Positions 1 to 8,711 of a stretch of 64,000 bases of DNA are shown here, piece after piece; the first letter of the stretch is position 1; each line of letters begins with the position of its first letter. The stretch comes from a virus, in the IMG/VR virus record IMGVR_UViG_3300036853_000417, positions 1 to 64,000 of that record, one strand, 5' to 3'. A program made the position numbers and the translations under genes. Under the pieces are notes generated by a model that saw only the letters and a list, made by a program, of their open reading frames with translations, had not been told where the DNA came from and did not search any database.

Positions 1-119
1 CGCATCGAGCTGGCCACGCACTCTATGGTACCTATATATTCGCTTCTAACGGAGTTCCGAAGAACTGAGTCTGGTTTCAACAAGATACTCCATTCAATCC
101 TGGGATTGAACAAAGAATC

Positions 120-307
120 CCCAGGTTGCGGGACACGTTGCATGTTCGCAAATCAATTTTTGTCCTCAAATACCCTCGATTTTCGAGAAAACTTGAGCAC
201 AAACAAGAAGTATCCTCTCCTTTTCCAGAAGAAATGATGAGGATGTTTCCCGATTTGCGAAACTATCCATCTAGAGCAGCCTGACAAGCCATCAAAATCG
301 ACTTCCG
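120..307 (+). promoter_or_regulatory. CRISPR array 1 leader
   Basis: Non-coding stretch before the first repeat with a 10-bp inverted repeat TTCGCAAATC (145-154) / GATTTGCGAA (252-261). Confidence 0.6.
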
Positions 308-998
308 GTTGCAACGTGTCCCACAACCAGCATGGCAGTGAAACCATGTTCAGTTGTTTTGCCGGATGTTTGCCGACCACTTCTGTTGCAACGTGTCTCA
401 TAACCAGAATGGCAGTGAAACAGTTAGAGATGAGAATTGCAGAGCTTGAAGGACGAGCAGTTGCAACGTGTCTCATAACCAGAATGGCAGTGAAACCATG
501 TTCAGTTGTTTTGCCGGATGTTTGCCGACCACTTCTGTTGCAACGTGTCTCATAACCAGAATGGCAGTGAAACAGGCTTGGATACTTTGCATATAGTTCA
601 GCCATTTGCTTTGTTGCAACGTGTCCCACAACCAGAATGGCAGTGAAACCTGTTCTGGCATTAACAATCCAGCAGCAAACGCATTGTTGCAACGTTCCTC
701 ACAACCAGAATGGCAGTGAAACGCTCGTTGGTGCTGCTATCAACGGCGATGCTATCCGTTGCAACATGCCCCACAACCAGAATGGCAGTGAAACTTGCTG
801 AACGTTGGACGATCTTAGAGATAGCTCAAAGTTGCAGCATGTCTCACAACTAGCATGGCAGTGAAACTTTCAGTTACATACGCGGTGAAATGTATCACAT
901 GTCGTTGCAACCTGCCCTGCTCCTACATGGAGATGAAACGGAACACAGGATCATCTTCCCAGTTGCAACTTGCTCCACTCCCAGCATGAAGATGGAAC
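308..998 (+). CRISPR. CRISPR array 1: 10 repeats (consensus GTTGCAACGTGTCYCAYAACCAGAATGGCAGTGAAAC, 37 bp), degenerating toward the 3' end
   Basis: Repeats start at 308, 385, 460, 537, 613, 686, 758, 831, 904, 962. Spacers are 35-40 bp except the last (22 bp). Spacer 1 = spacer 3. The GAAAC 3' end and the degenerate trailer give + orientation. No cas gene in the window. Confidence 0.96.
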
Positions 999-1173
999 CT
1001 CCATACTCATTCCCCCTATCGGTTGCGTATCTTTGAGATACATCTTCAGAGTAGCAAGAGGAAGAACAGATAATTATCTATCATTGATGTGCGGCTATGT
1101 AGCCACAGGCATTACTTTTCTCCTGAATATATTGCGATGGAAGTTTGGATATGTTCATAGACTTCGCCAGAAT

Positions 1174-1297
1174 CCAAAAATTATACACATAACTTTTCAG
1201 AACCTTTGAAAATTGCCTCTAAAAGCATTGACATTTACACATATCTATGTTATGATATTGTTGGTGAAGGAAATACAAACAAGTCAGGAGAAACATA
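1174..1297 (+). promoter_or_regulatory. Repeated phage promoter module copy 1 (palindrome + sigma70 promoter + RBS)
   Basis: AAAAATTATACACATAACTTTT (1176-1197), then TTGACA 1228-1233, 17 bp, TGnTATGAT (TATGAT 1251-1256). Confidence 0.9.
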
Positions 1298-1567
1298 ATG
1301 ACCACATGGCAACAGAAACAAGAAGTAACCGGACAATTAAGGAATGAATACAATAAGAAAATAGATTGTTTGACCTTTTCAGGGTCAGCACAATACAAAG
1401 TATATACCAAGATACTGCATGAACTGATTCTTGGTGAAGATGCAGCATGCAGAATGGTCGAGCAAGAACTGAAGACAGAGACAAATAAGCATGCAAGAAA
1501 AGCATATCTTGCATTTATTGTTCGTAGAAACACATTGATGCCATTATTAGGAGGTTACGATGGATAA
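1298..1567 (+). CDS. Hypothetical early phage protein
   Basis: ORF with AGGAG RBS directly behind promoter module 1. Confidence 0.75.
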   Translation: MTTWQQKQEVTGQLRNEYNKKIDCLTFSGSAQYKVYTKILHELILGEDAACRMVEQELKTETNKHARKAYLAFIVRRNTLMPLLGGYDG

Positions 1568-1931
1568 TCAATTCAAAAATAAAAAAGAGTTTGCAGATTT
1601 TATCTCTCGAAGTCGGGGGAAGGTAATTAGCTGGAATAAGCAGAGCGGAGATTCACGTATCCACTCGCTGGCAAGCTGGATGGAGTACCTCAATAAATAC
1701 GAATATCTCAAGGGTGCTCAGGGCACCCTGTTGGGAAATACCATGTATGGACTGACCCGATTTTTGGATAGCGGACGAGCAAATCATTTTGCACATCAGG
1801 GTCTATGTGCGATGAACGCTCGACAATTGTGTGAACTTGTTTACACATTGACAGAGCAATCGCATGACATTGAGGAACATTGTCGTATCCTCAATCTTCG
1901 ATACGCGCAAAAGGCAGGAGTAATTAAATGA
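1560..1931 (+). CDS. Hypothetical protein
   Basis: Overlapping ORF with AGGAGG RBS. Confidence 0.75.
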   Translation: MDNQFKNKKEFADFISRSRGKVISWNKQSGDSRIHSLASWMEYLNKYEYLKGAQGTLLGNTMYGLTRFLDSGRANHFAHQGLCAMNARQLCELVYTLTEQSHDIEEHCRILNLRYAQKAGVIK

Positions 1932-2164
1932 TTTCACTAACTAATGCACAAAAAGAAGTACTCCACGGCATTATTGATGCATACGAAGTACGAGAAGTGG
2001 AAAGCGTTACTATTGTAGACATTGCTCATAATTCAGGGATTAGCCTGGGATTAGCAGGTAGGCTCTTATCTCAATTAAAAACTCTTGGACTAGTTGAGTG
2101 CAATGACAATGGTATAGTAGTGTTTGCTGATGATAATAACGGGTATATCCCAGGTCGGGAGTGA
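1928..2164 (+). CDS. Small winged-helix DNA-binding protein
   Basis: LTNAQKEVL...TIVDIAHNSGISLGLAGRLLSQLKTLGLVE wHTH pattern. Confidence 0.65.
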   Translation: MISLTNAQKEVLHGIIDAYEVREVESVTIVDIAHNSGISLGLAGRLLSQLKTLGLVECNDNGIVVFADDNNGYIPGRE

Positions 2165-2649
2165 AAAGAAAGGAACTATTTATGGAAATATGTGATAACT
2201 GTGGTCGGGGCGTACGCAAGCCTGTGTACGCACCCAAAAATGAAGAGGAGCGTTCTCTGGTGCCCAGACATCAGAAATGCTTAAGTAAACTGATAAATGA
2301 TTGGAATCGCAGGAATACTGGCCCAATCAAAACCTATATCCACACGACAAAAGCATGGTATGGAAACGAAGCACGTGAATCTCTGAAAAGGGAGAGATGT
2401 ACAGATGAAGTGTACTTTTATGTCAATGAACCATTTGGAGAGATGGTGATGCGTTGGTATCATCTTGATCAACAAGATATACCACGTCTTGAAGTCTTTC
2501 TTGCTTCGATGGAGGCTATAGCAGGTTTGTCTGATGTGCTATCAGCATTGGGCAAAATAAGTCACAAGAAAGAGGATCTTTCCCCTGAAGCATTTTGTGC
2601 TTTGCTAGAGAAGTGCGGTTTTGTTGATAAAACTCCTTATGAAAAGTAA
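2161..2649 (+). CDS. Hypothetical protein with N-terminal CxxC
   Basis: ORF coupled to the previous gene. Confidence 0.7.
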   Translation: MKRKELFMEICDNCGRGVRKPVYAPKNEEERSLVPRHQKCLSKLINDWNRRNTGPIKTYIHTTKAWYGNEARESLKRERCTDEVYFYVNEPFGEMVMRWYHLDQQDIPRLEVFLASMEAIAGLSDVLSALGKISHKKEDLSPEAFCALLEKCGFVDKTPYEK

Positions 2650-2856
2650 CTAAGATGTTTTGAGGCGTTTAAAAACCCACAATAGCTTGAAATTTTCGAT
2701 AGGTGCTATCGAAACAAGTTCCCATCCATCCTCACCCTTTTCTTTCAAGTAATCATCCACTTCTGGCTTGATGCTATCTCCCAGAAGTGGATGATTATTT
2801 TCGATAAGAACTCGTGTCAGGTCAGTACGAACTCGAAGATATTCCCATTTCAGCAT
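2650..2856 (-). CDS. DUF4177-like small protein
   Basis: KWEYL...YLKEKGEDGWELVS...VFKR pattern. Confidence 0.7.
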   Translation of the reverse strand: MLKWEYLRVRTDLTRVLIENNHPLLGDSIKPEVDDYLKEKGEDGWELVSIAPIENFKLLWVFKRLKTS

Positions 2857-3002
2857 TTGATACTCCCTCTAAAAAGATATTTGTAACAGACATCCTGAAA
2901 AAAGTAAATACATTTGGGAAGAGGTTGAGATCTGTATATATACTGACTCCAGGAGAGGCTTGTTTGAGTGTGTAAATGCTTCCTCTTCATAGGGAGATCC
3001 AC

Positions 3003-3869
3003 ATGAATCCGTTTGAAGGATTATCAGAGACCGTTTTTATTCTGCTTCAGGTCATCGTGCTTGATGGTATCTTATCGCTGGATAACGCTGCGGTACTTGG
3101 TGCGATGGCCGCAAAACTTCCCAAAGATATCCCTGTTCCTCTTACACCGTGGTTGCAGCGTATTGTAGGTAAAAATCAGCAGGAAGCAGCGCTCAAGGCT
3201 GGTTTAATTGGAGCTTATGCAGGTCGCGGTTTTATGCTGGTTTTAGCAGGGGTTATTATCACATTCCCACTGCTCAAAGTTCTGGGCGCTCTCTACCTGC
3301 TCAACCTCGTCGCAGTCCACTTTGATCTCTATCAAAAGATTGATCGTTATACTGGCATCTTTGCCTTTTTAGATAAGATTGTTACTCCCATAAAAGTATT
3401 TCTCAGGAGAGCAGAACAAAAAAAGAGATTCTTCAGTCTCCAAAGCTGTGTTCCTAATCCATTCTGGCGCGTAGTCATAAGTATTGAAGTAATGGATCTG
3501 GTCTTTAGTCTTGATAATGTTATTGCCGTGGTCGCGCTGAGCGAGCATATCTGGGTGATTATCTTTGGAGTGTTTCTTTCAATTATCCTTATGCGATTTG
3601 CTTCAATGCTCTTTATCCAGCTAATTCAATTCGAGCCATTATTGATGCATGCAGCCTACGTACTGATCCTTGCTATTGGTATTGAATTGATCCTCAAATA
3701 TCTCAATGTGCATATTGAAGAATGGATTCAGTTTGTTATCTCAATGGCAATTATTCTTGGATGCATTGCTATTGGGCAGGTAAGATGCAGACGGATTCAA
3801 TCCAAGAAAGAAGACAAACTCAGTCTCAATCAAACGTCCGATGATACAAAAAGGATAAAGTATCTGTAA
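3003..3869 (+). CDS. terC: TerC family integral membrane protein
   Basis: LDGILSLDNAAVL and IEVMDLVFSLDNVIAVVA motifs; multiple TM segments; ATG at 3003 after AGGGAG. Confidence 0.9.
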   Translation: MNPFEGLSETVFILLQVIVLDGILSLDNAAVLGAMAAKLPKDIPVPLTPWLQRIVGKNQQEAALKAGLIGAYAGRGFMLVLAGVIITFPLLKVLGALYLLNLVAVHFDLYQKIDRYTGIFAFLDKIVTPIKVFLRRAEQKKRFFSLQSCVPNPFWRVVISIEVMDLVFSLDNVIAVVALSEHIWVIIFGVFLSIILMRFASMLFIQLIQFEPLLMHAAYVLILAIGIELILKYLNVHIEEWIQFVISMAIILGCIAIGQVRCRRIQSKKEDKLSLNQTSDDTKRIKYL

Positions 3870-4045
3870 ACTCCGCGATTATACTCTTCAATAAAAACCC
3901 TTTTCTTCTTGCACAATATTTATCATTGTTAAATGGATATAGCTGGTCGTTACCTTTCCATTGACAATAGATCATGTGCATGTGGTATATTGTATTTTCA
4001 TGTGCCAGAGTTACCATTCATGTTTTTACACTGGAAGGATGAACC

Positions 4046-5584
4046 ATGAAAAAAGATTTTGTTGAGATACTGTGTGCTTTATCTTATGCAACAAGTCTTG
4101 GATTTGGAGGACATATTGAACATGGTCTGAGAACGGCGTTCATCGCACTTGAAATTGCTGATAGCCTTACTGTTACTGAAGTAGAATACGAGGCTATTTT
4201 TTATGGATCGCTGTTGAAGGATATTGCCTGTACTGCTTGTAGTGCTGGTGTGGCGGCATTTTTGCCAGGGAATAAACGGGCACACCTGCACGAGGTGATT
4301 CTTGTTGATCCATCTCGGATAGGGAACATGATGAGATGGTTGTCTCGGTATTTTACGCTAGATGCATCGTTTCTGCAGTGTATCTGCCGACTGATGTCAT
4401 TTGTTCTTCAGTGCGGTACCGTCTCACCAGAAACGATGCGTAGTCACTGTGAAATCGCCATGCTTTTTGCACGCGATCTTGGATTCCCGGTATATGTCCA
4501 GGAAACTCTTCATTTTCAGTTGGAACGGTGGGATGGCAGAGGGATGGCATACAAAGTCAAGGCACAGGATATCCCATTACCTTCTCGTATCCTCCACATT
4601 GCGCAGGTTATTGAGTTGACTTCTCAATTTTTTGGATTTGACAAGACCAGAATCTTCATCGAAAAAAATCGCGCGAGTCGGTTTGATCCAGAAGTTGTTG
4701 ATGTCTTCCTGGAATTGGAGCGTGAACCTACATTTTGGAGTCGCTTCGCCAAGCATTCTACTCAGGATGCTCTTCTAAATAGATGCCCGTCTACCGTTGC
4801 CCCGCTTCTGCAAGGTCAAACACTGATAGAACGAATATGCGAAATTCTAGCAGGCTTTATCGATCTTAGAATGGATCTTAACACTCGCAATCCGCTCCAT
4901 CACTCTCGGACAGTTGCAGATATTGCATATAAGATGGGAATTGCACTAAAAATGGATAGGCATGAACTTATAAATCTGAAGTGTGCTGCTCTGGTTCATG
5001 ATATTGGATACTTAGCAATTCCCGCAACCATTCTTAGAAAAAAGGAAACGCTCACAAGAGGGGAGGTGGAAACGCTACGCCTCCATCCATACTATACACA
5101 ATGGATTTTAGAACAATCTGCCCTTCATGAATTAGCAGAAGCAGCTTCTTCTGATCATGAATGGATCAATGGAACAGGATATTATCGCCGTCTCAAGGGA
5201 GAACAGATCCCTTTTCATGGGCGCATCCTGGCTGTTGCCAACTATTATGTAAGACATTCCCAACAACAAGAAGATCGGGATGTCTTACATCAGATGCAAG
5301 CTTTAGTAAATGTTCGATTTGATCCTGTCTGTTATCAGGCTCTCCTCTCCTCATTAAATATTCCCTCACAAAGGATACGTATCCGAAGATCTGATGACCT
5401 GACAACGCGTGAGATTGAAGTACTGGTGCACCTCGCGCGTGGAAATACGGCTATCCAGATCGCAAAATTGCTCCACATTAGCAAAAAGACCGTCGATCAT
5501 CACTTATCGCATATTTATCAGAAAATTGGGGTAAGTAGCCGAACAGCTGCGGTTGTCTATGCTGTTCAGCGGGGACTTGTCTAA
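4046..5584 (+). CDS. Tandem HD/HD-GYP domain protein with C-terminal LuxR HTH
   Basis: ERWDGRG, LVHDIG, HEWINGTGY...GRILAVA; C-terminal LTTREIEVL...IAKLLHISKKTVDHHLSHIYQKIGVSSRTAA. Confidence 0.9.
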   Translation: MKKDFVEILCALSYATSLGFGGHIEHGLRTAFIALEIADSLTVTEVEYEAIFYGSLLKDIACTACSAGVAAFLPGNKRAHLHEVILVDPSRIGNMMRWLSRYFTLDASFLQCICRLMSFVLQCGTVSPETMRSHCEIAMLFARDLGFPVYVQETLHFQLERWDGRGMAYKVKAQDIPLPSRILHIAQVIELTSQFFGFDKTRIFIEKNRASRFDPEVVDVFLELEREPTFWSRFAKHSTQDALLNRCPSTVAPLLQGQTLIERICEILAGFIDLRMDLNTRNPLHHSRTVADIAYKMGIALKMDRHELINLKCAALVHDIGYLAIPATILRKKETLTRGEVETLRLHPYYTQWILEQSALHELAEAASSDHEWINGTGYYRRLKGEQIPFHGRILAVANYYVRHSQQQEDRDVLHQMQALVNVRFDPVCYQALLSSLNIPSQRIRIRRSDDLTTREIEVLVHLARGNTAIQIAKLLHISKKTVDHHLSHIYQKIGVSSRTAAVVYAVQRGLV

Positions 5585-5627
5585 ATATCTGTCAATTCTA
5601 CTGGCTCAATAGACGAGGGATAATCAT

Positions 5628-5750
5628 GAAAATGTATGTGCATGTATTTTCGAAGATCCTTAAAATTGCCTCTAAAAGCATTGACATTGATACGTGCGTA
5701 TGTTATGATATATGTGTAAGAAGGAAGTACAAAACGACAAGGACACGGCG
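5628..5750 (+). promoter_or_regulatory. Repeated promoter module copy 2
   Basis: AAAATTGCCTCTAAAAGCA-TTGACA (5681-5686), 17 bp, TATGAT (5704-5709). Confidence 0.9.
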
Positions 5751-6211
5751 ATGATTAGCAATCTCAACAAGTAATAGCTCGTCAAGAATACATCCAACAT
5801 GCAGAGGTTTCTTTGCACGGCAGTTATGCAGAAGTACCAAGTCAGATGAGTGAAGAAGATATCTATACTGTTCAGATTGAGCGAGGCGTTCCGGTCTCTT
5901 GTAATTGTCCTGATTACTACTGGCGTAGCAAGAAGGACCCCAAACATGTCTGTAAGCATGAGGAAGCTGTTGATGTGAAGCTCAAGGCAACGCTTCCACT
6001 GCTGAACACTCCTGAAATGAGGAGCATCATCAGAAGTGCTGAGCGTATCTTCAAAGTACGCAGGTCAGCTCCAAACACTCAACTGATTGCCTCGTTGCAA
6101 ATTCCAGAGGATGTATGTGTTCGTAAAGTTCGCAGACAAAAGGCACTGACTTGTCTTCTAATTGCGGTTGAATTGTCTCCCGTTTGTCCTGAAATGAAGA
6201 TGGCAGCATAG
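5751..6211 (+). CDS. SWIM zinc-finger protein (5' end apparently frameshifted)
   Basis: CNCPDYYW...VCKH. The ATG at 5751 with RBS is out of frame with the main ORF by one base. Confidence 0.7.
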
Positions 6212-6226
6212 AGAGGAATACATAAA

Positions 6227-6589
6227 ATGGCAACAAAAAATCTTTTTACAGGAATCAAAATCACTTTTAAGGATGGCCTCTTTGATCATTCTGAGTATAA
6301 CAAGGGTTTTGATCGAGATGGTTTCCGGCAGTATATGTTGCCGACAAAAGAAACCAGTGTGCAGCTCGTGGAGCGTGAGTTATCTTCCTATGTTATAGGG
6401 TATGAATTGCACTATGAATGTGAGTTTACCAGGCGTGATGATGGCACCATTACCATGTATATCAATTCCAGGAGAATGCTCATCATACTGAAAGAAAAGC
6501 TTGAAGCCATGCTTACTGCTAACGTTCTTGCAAGTTTTACATTTGGTAGCATGAAGACTGATGCTACCTTTCATGCAAGAAAATATTGA
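6227..6589 (+). CDS. Hypothetical protein
   Basis: ORF with GAGG RBS. Confidence 0.7.
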   Translation: MATKNLFTGIKITFKDGLFDHSEYNKGFDRDGFRQYMLPTKETSVQLVERELSSYVIGYELHYECEFTRRDDGTITMYINSRRMLIILKEKLEAMLTANVLASFTFGSMKTDATFHARKY

Positions 6590-6620
6590 TATCACTCTAT
6601 TAGTAGACAAGGAAACAATT

Positions 6621-7712
6621 ATGATACAAGGAATGGTGCCCGGAGCAAGTCTTCGTGCACATGTTGCTCAAACACAGTCTCTTATTGGGGATCTCTTAGG
6701 AAGACCCCCAAAAACACCATTACAACTACAAGATAGTTTTGCTGAAGAACAGGAAGAGTTTGAGCAAAACTGGACAGCTTTCTCTGCACACCTCCAAATG
6801 ATCACAGAGGAGGGATTGAATAAGGAGACACTGAGTAAAGCAGTGCACCTCTATCTGGAGATGGTTCAGGAAAGTGGAGATGTCCTTTACAATGGCGTCG
6901 GTTGCCTCAATGCAGGAATATCCCATGCCTGGGAGGAGATCCTGGAGAGGTTAGATCAAAGAATCGATATCAGAGTAGCTATCAGAGCTTATGGATCAAA
7001 ATATGGACGACGTAGCGTTGGTCTTGGAAAGGGGGAACAGGAGAGGCTCCTGCTGGCATCTCCTACACTTCCAACCGATCTGGCTCTTCCCTACAAACAA
7101 AATGATGGATTATGGATTCCTACCAACTGGCAGCCATATTCCCCAGTTCGCAGTGCTGAAGACCTGAGATTGACACTGAGCGGTGTGAGGGAATCTTTAG
7201 CCTTCATTAATCTTGGAGGCTTTATCTTTGATACAGATCTCCGCTTTAAAATGGCGGCATCTCAAGGTATCTCACCCTGGTCCCCTCAGCTATTTGCTCT
7301 GGATCGCAAATATCCTCGTGTCACACGACGTGTGGAGATGATAGAGCAATACTGCAATGTGTTTTTCATATCCACGTCGTGGGCCGAGAAGTCCGGCCTG
7401 GACCAGGCTGTGTATCAGGCTAATATTGATCTGCTCAATCAGCATGGTCTGTGGAGTACCTCGCGACAATTGATCCTACGTCCTCATTATGCCAAAATGT
7501 CCGGTATGTCCGGGGCGGAGTGGACATCAGAAATCATCTGGCAGGAGATCAGGCGGAAAACTCCTCAAGTAGTCCTGATCGGCAATGATCGTCAGGATAT
7601 CCAGGACTATCAAATGCAGAGAAGCGAGTTTGAGATGATGGGAGCAATGCCCCTCATTCGCACTTCAAACACGTTGTCTCAGATGGTGAAATATAGCAAA
7701 AGATTCAGGTAG
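6621..7712 (+). CDS. Hypothetical protein (~360 aa)
   Basis: Long ORF; likely start ATG 6621 after AAGGA; no motif recognised. Confidence 0.75.
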   Translation: MIQGMVPGASLRAHVAQTQSLIGDLLGRPPKTPLQLQDSFAEEQEEFEQNWTAFSAHLQMITEEGLNKETLSKAVHLYLEMVQESGDVLYNGVGCLNAGISHAWEEILERLDQRIDIRVAIRAYGSKYGRRSVGLGKGEQERLLLASPTLPTDLALPYKQNDGLWIPTNWQPYSPVRSAEDLRLTLSGVRESLAFINLGGFIFDTDLRFKMAASQGISPWSPQLFALDRKYPRVTRRVEMIEQYCNVFFISTSWAEKSGLDQAVYQANIDLLNQHGLWSTSRQLILRPHYAKMSGMSGAEWTSEIIWQEIRRKTPQVVLIGNDRQDIQDYQMQRSEFEMMGAMPLIRTSNTLSQMVKYSKRFR

Positions 7713-7724
7713 ACATAAGAGGAA

Positions 7725-8066
7725 ATGGAGATGTCTATAATTCTATCGCAATCCAAGCGAGTGATCAAAATCGAAATGAAGAATGGATTCGGACAGATGC
7801 TGGACATCTTTATAGACACGATAACAGGGAAACAGGTTGTGCTCAAGCAAGACTTTAGCTGCGGGATATTTTCCCATTATGCAGTTATTGGCAGACAGGG
7901 GTATGCACAGACCTCCGGGGCCTTTTCCTGGTATGAAATTCGTGAGGTTATTGATAGGGCTGGTCCTCGCCGTGTCTATGTTGAAGCATTTCATGTGTCT
8001 GAACATTTTTACTTCAGGTCTCCGGTAGAAGCACTACAATTCATGAAGGAACAGAAGTTCAAATAA
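7725..8066 (+). CDS. Hypothetical protein
   Basis: ORF with RBS, in operon. Confidence 0.7.
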   Translation: MEMSIILSQSKRVIKIEMKNGFGQMLDIFIDTITGKQVVLKQDFSCGIFSHYAVIGRQGYAQTSGAFSWYEIREVIDRAGPRRVYVEAFHVSEHFYFRSPVEALQFMKEQKFK

Positions 8067-8080
8067 GAAGGAGAGCGATA

Positions 8081-8299
8081 ATGCAAAAATATGTCTATCG
8101 CTATCGGTGGATCACTATCAGGTCCACCTCTGGCGAGAATGATGAGACCTTCATATTCAAACATCAGTTCAGAAAAGGACGGAGAGGTATTCTTCATCCA
8201 ACTCAATACGGTGTACTCGTTGACCGCATGACTGATCGTGATGCAGCTATCAGGAAGTCTGAAGCACTCAACATATTAGAACAGCTAGAAGAAGAATAG
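8081..8299 (+). CDS. Hypothetical protein
   Basis: AAGGAG RBS. Confidence 0.65.
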   Translation: MQKYVYRYRWITIRSTSGENDETFIFKHQFRKGRRGILHPTQYGVLVDRMTDRDAAIRKSEALNILEQLEEE

Positions 8300-8509
8300 G
8301 AGGAAGAGGTTATGTACATATCAGTCTTGCAGACTGTCAGCTAAGAAAACCAGTAAGGTTGCAAGTTGCCGGTTCCTTAGCCTGACATTTGAGGATGCAT
8401 GCGTAGTGCACTAGTCCTGAAGTAAGTATAGCATATATTATGTAACACAAGAAGTAGCACACAGCGAGACATAAGAAGATAGTACTAAGAGTCAGTTTTG
8501 AGTGAGTTT

Positions 8510-8617
8510 TCAAAACTCACTCAAAACTATTCTAAAAGCCTTGACATACACATGGGTATATGTTATGATACTTTATGGGAGAAGGAAAGTACAAACAGTC
8601 ATCGAAGGGAACCGAAA
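8510..8617 (+). promoter_or_regulatory. Repeated promoter module copy 3
   Basis: CTAAAAGCC-TTGACA (8541-8546), 17 bp, TATGAT (8564-8569). Confidence 0.88.
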
Positions 8618-8692
8618 ATGAAAACCGCACAAGTAAAACGCCTGATGGAAACCTTTATTGCAACATTGCCACGGGAGCGCACTCTCAACTGA
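8618..8692 (+). pseudogene. Truncated ORF (MKTAQVKRLMETFIATL...) interrupted by CRISPR array 2
   Basis: RBS and ATG behind the promoter; the ORF runs into a partial repeat ATTGCCAC (8665-8672). Confidence 0.55.
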
Positions 8693-8711
8693 ATGCGGCC
8701 ACACAAGAGGG

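Noticed and set aside
68-112. Possible tracrRNA (TCTGGTTTCA plus hairpin) upstream of array 1
   Set aside because: Only 6-7 nt complementarity to the repeat and no effector visible; cannot be supported without upstream sequence.
153-692. ORFs across array 1 (and 8839-9733 across array 2)
   Set aside because: Translations of repeat-spacer units, not genes.
8310-8500. Intergenic stretch sharing GTCAGCTAAGA with the capsid leader
   Set aside because: Only an 11-nt match; the paired stem is absent.
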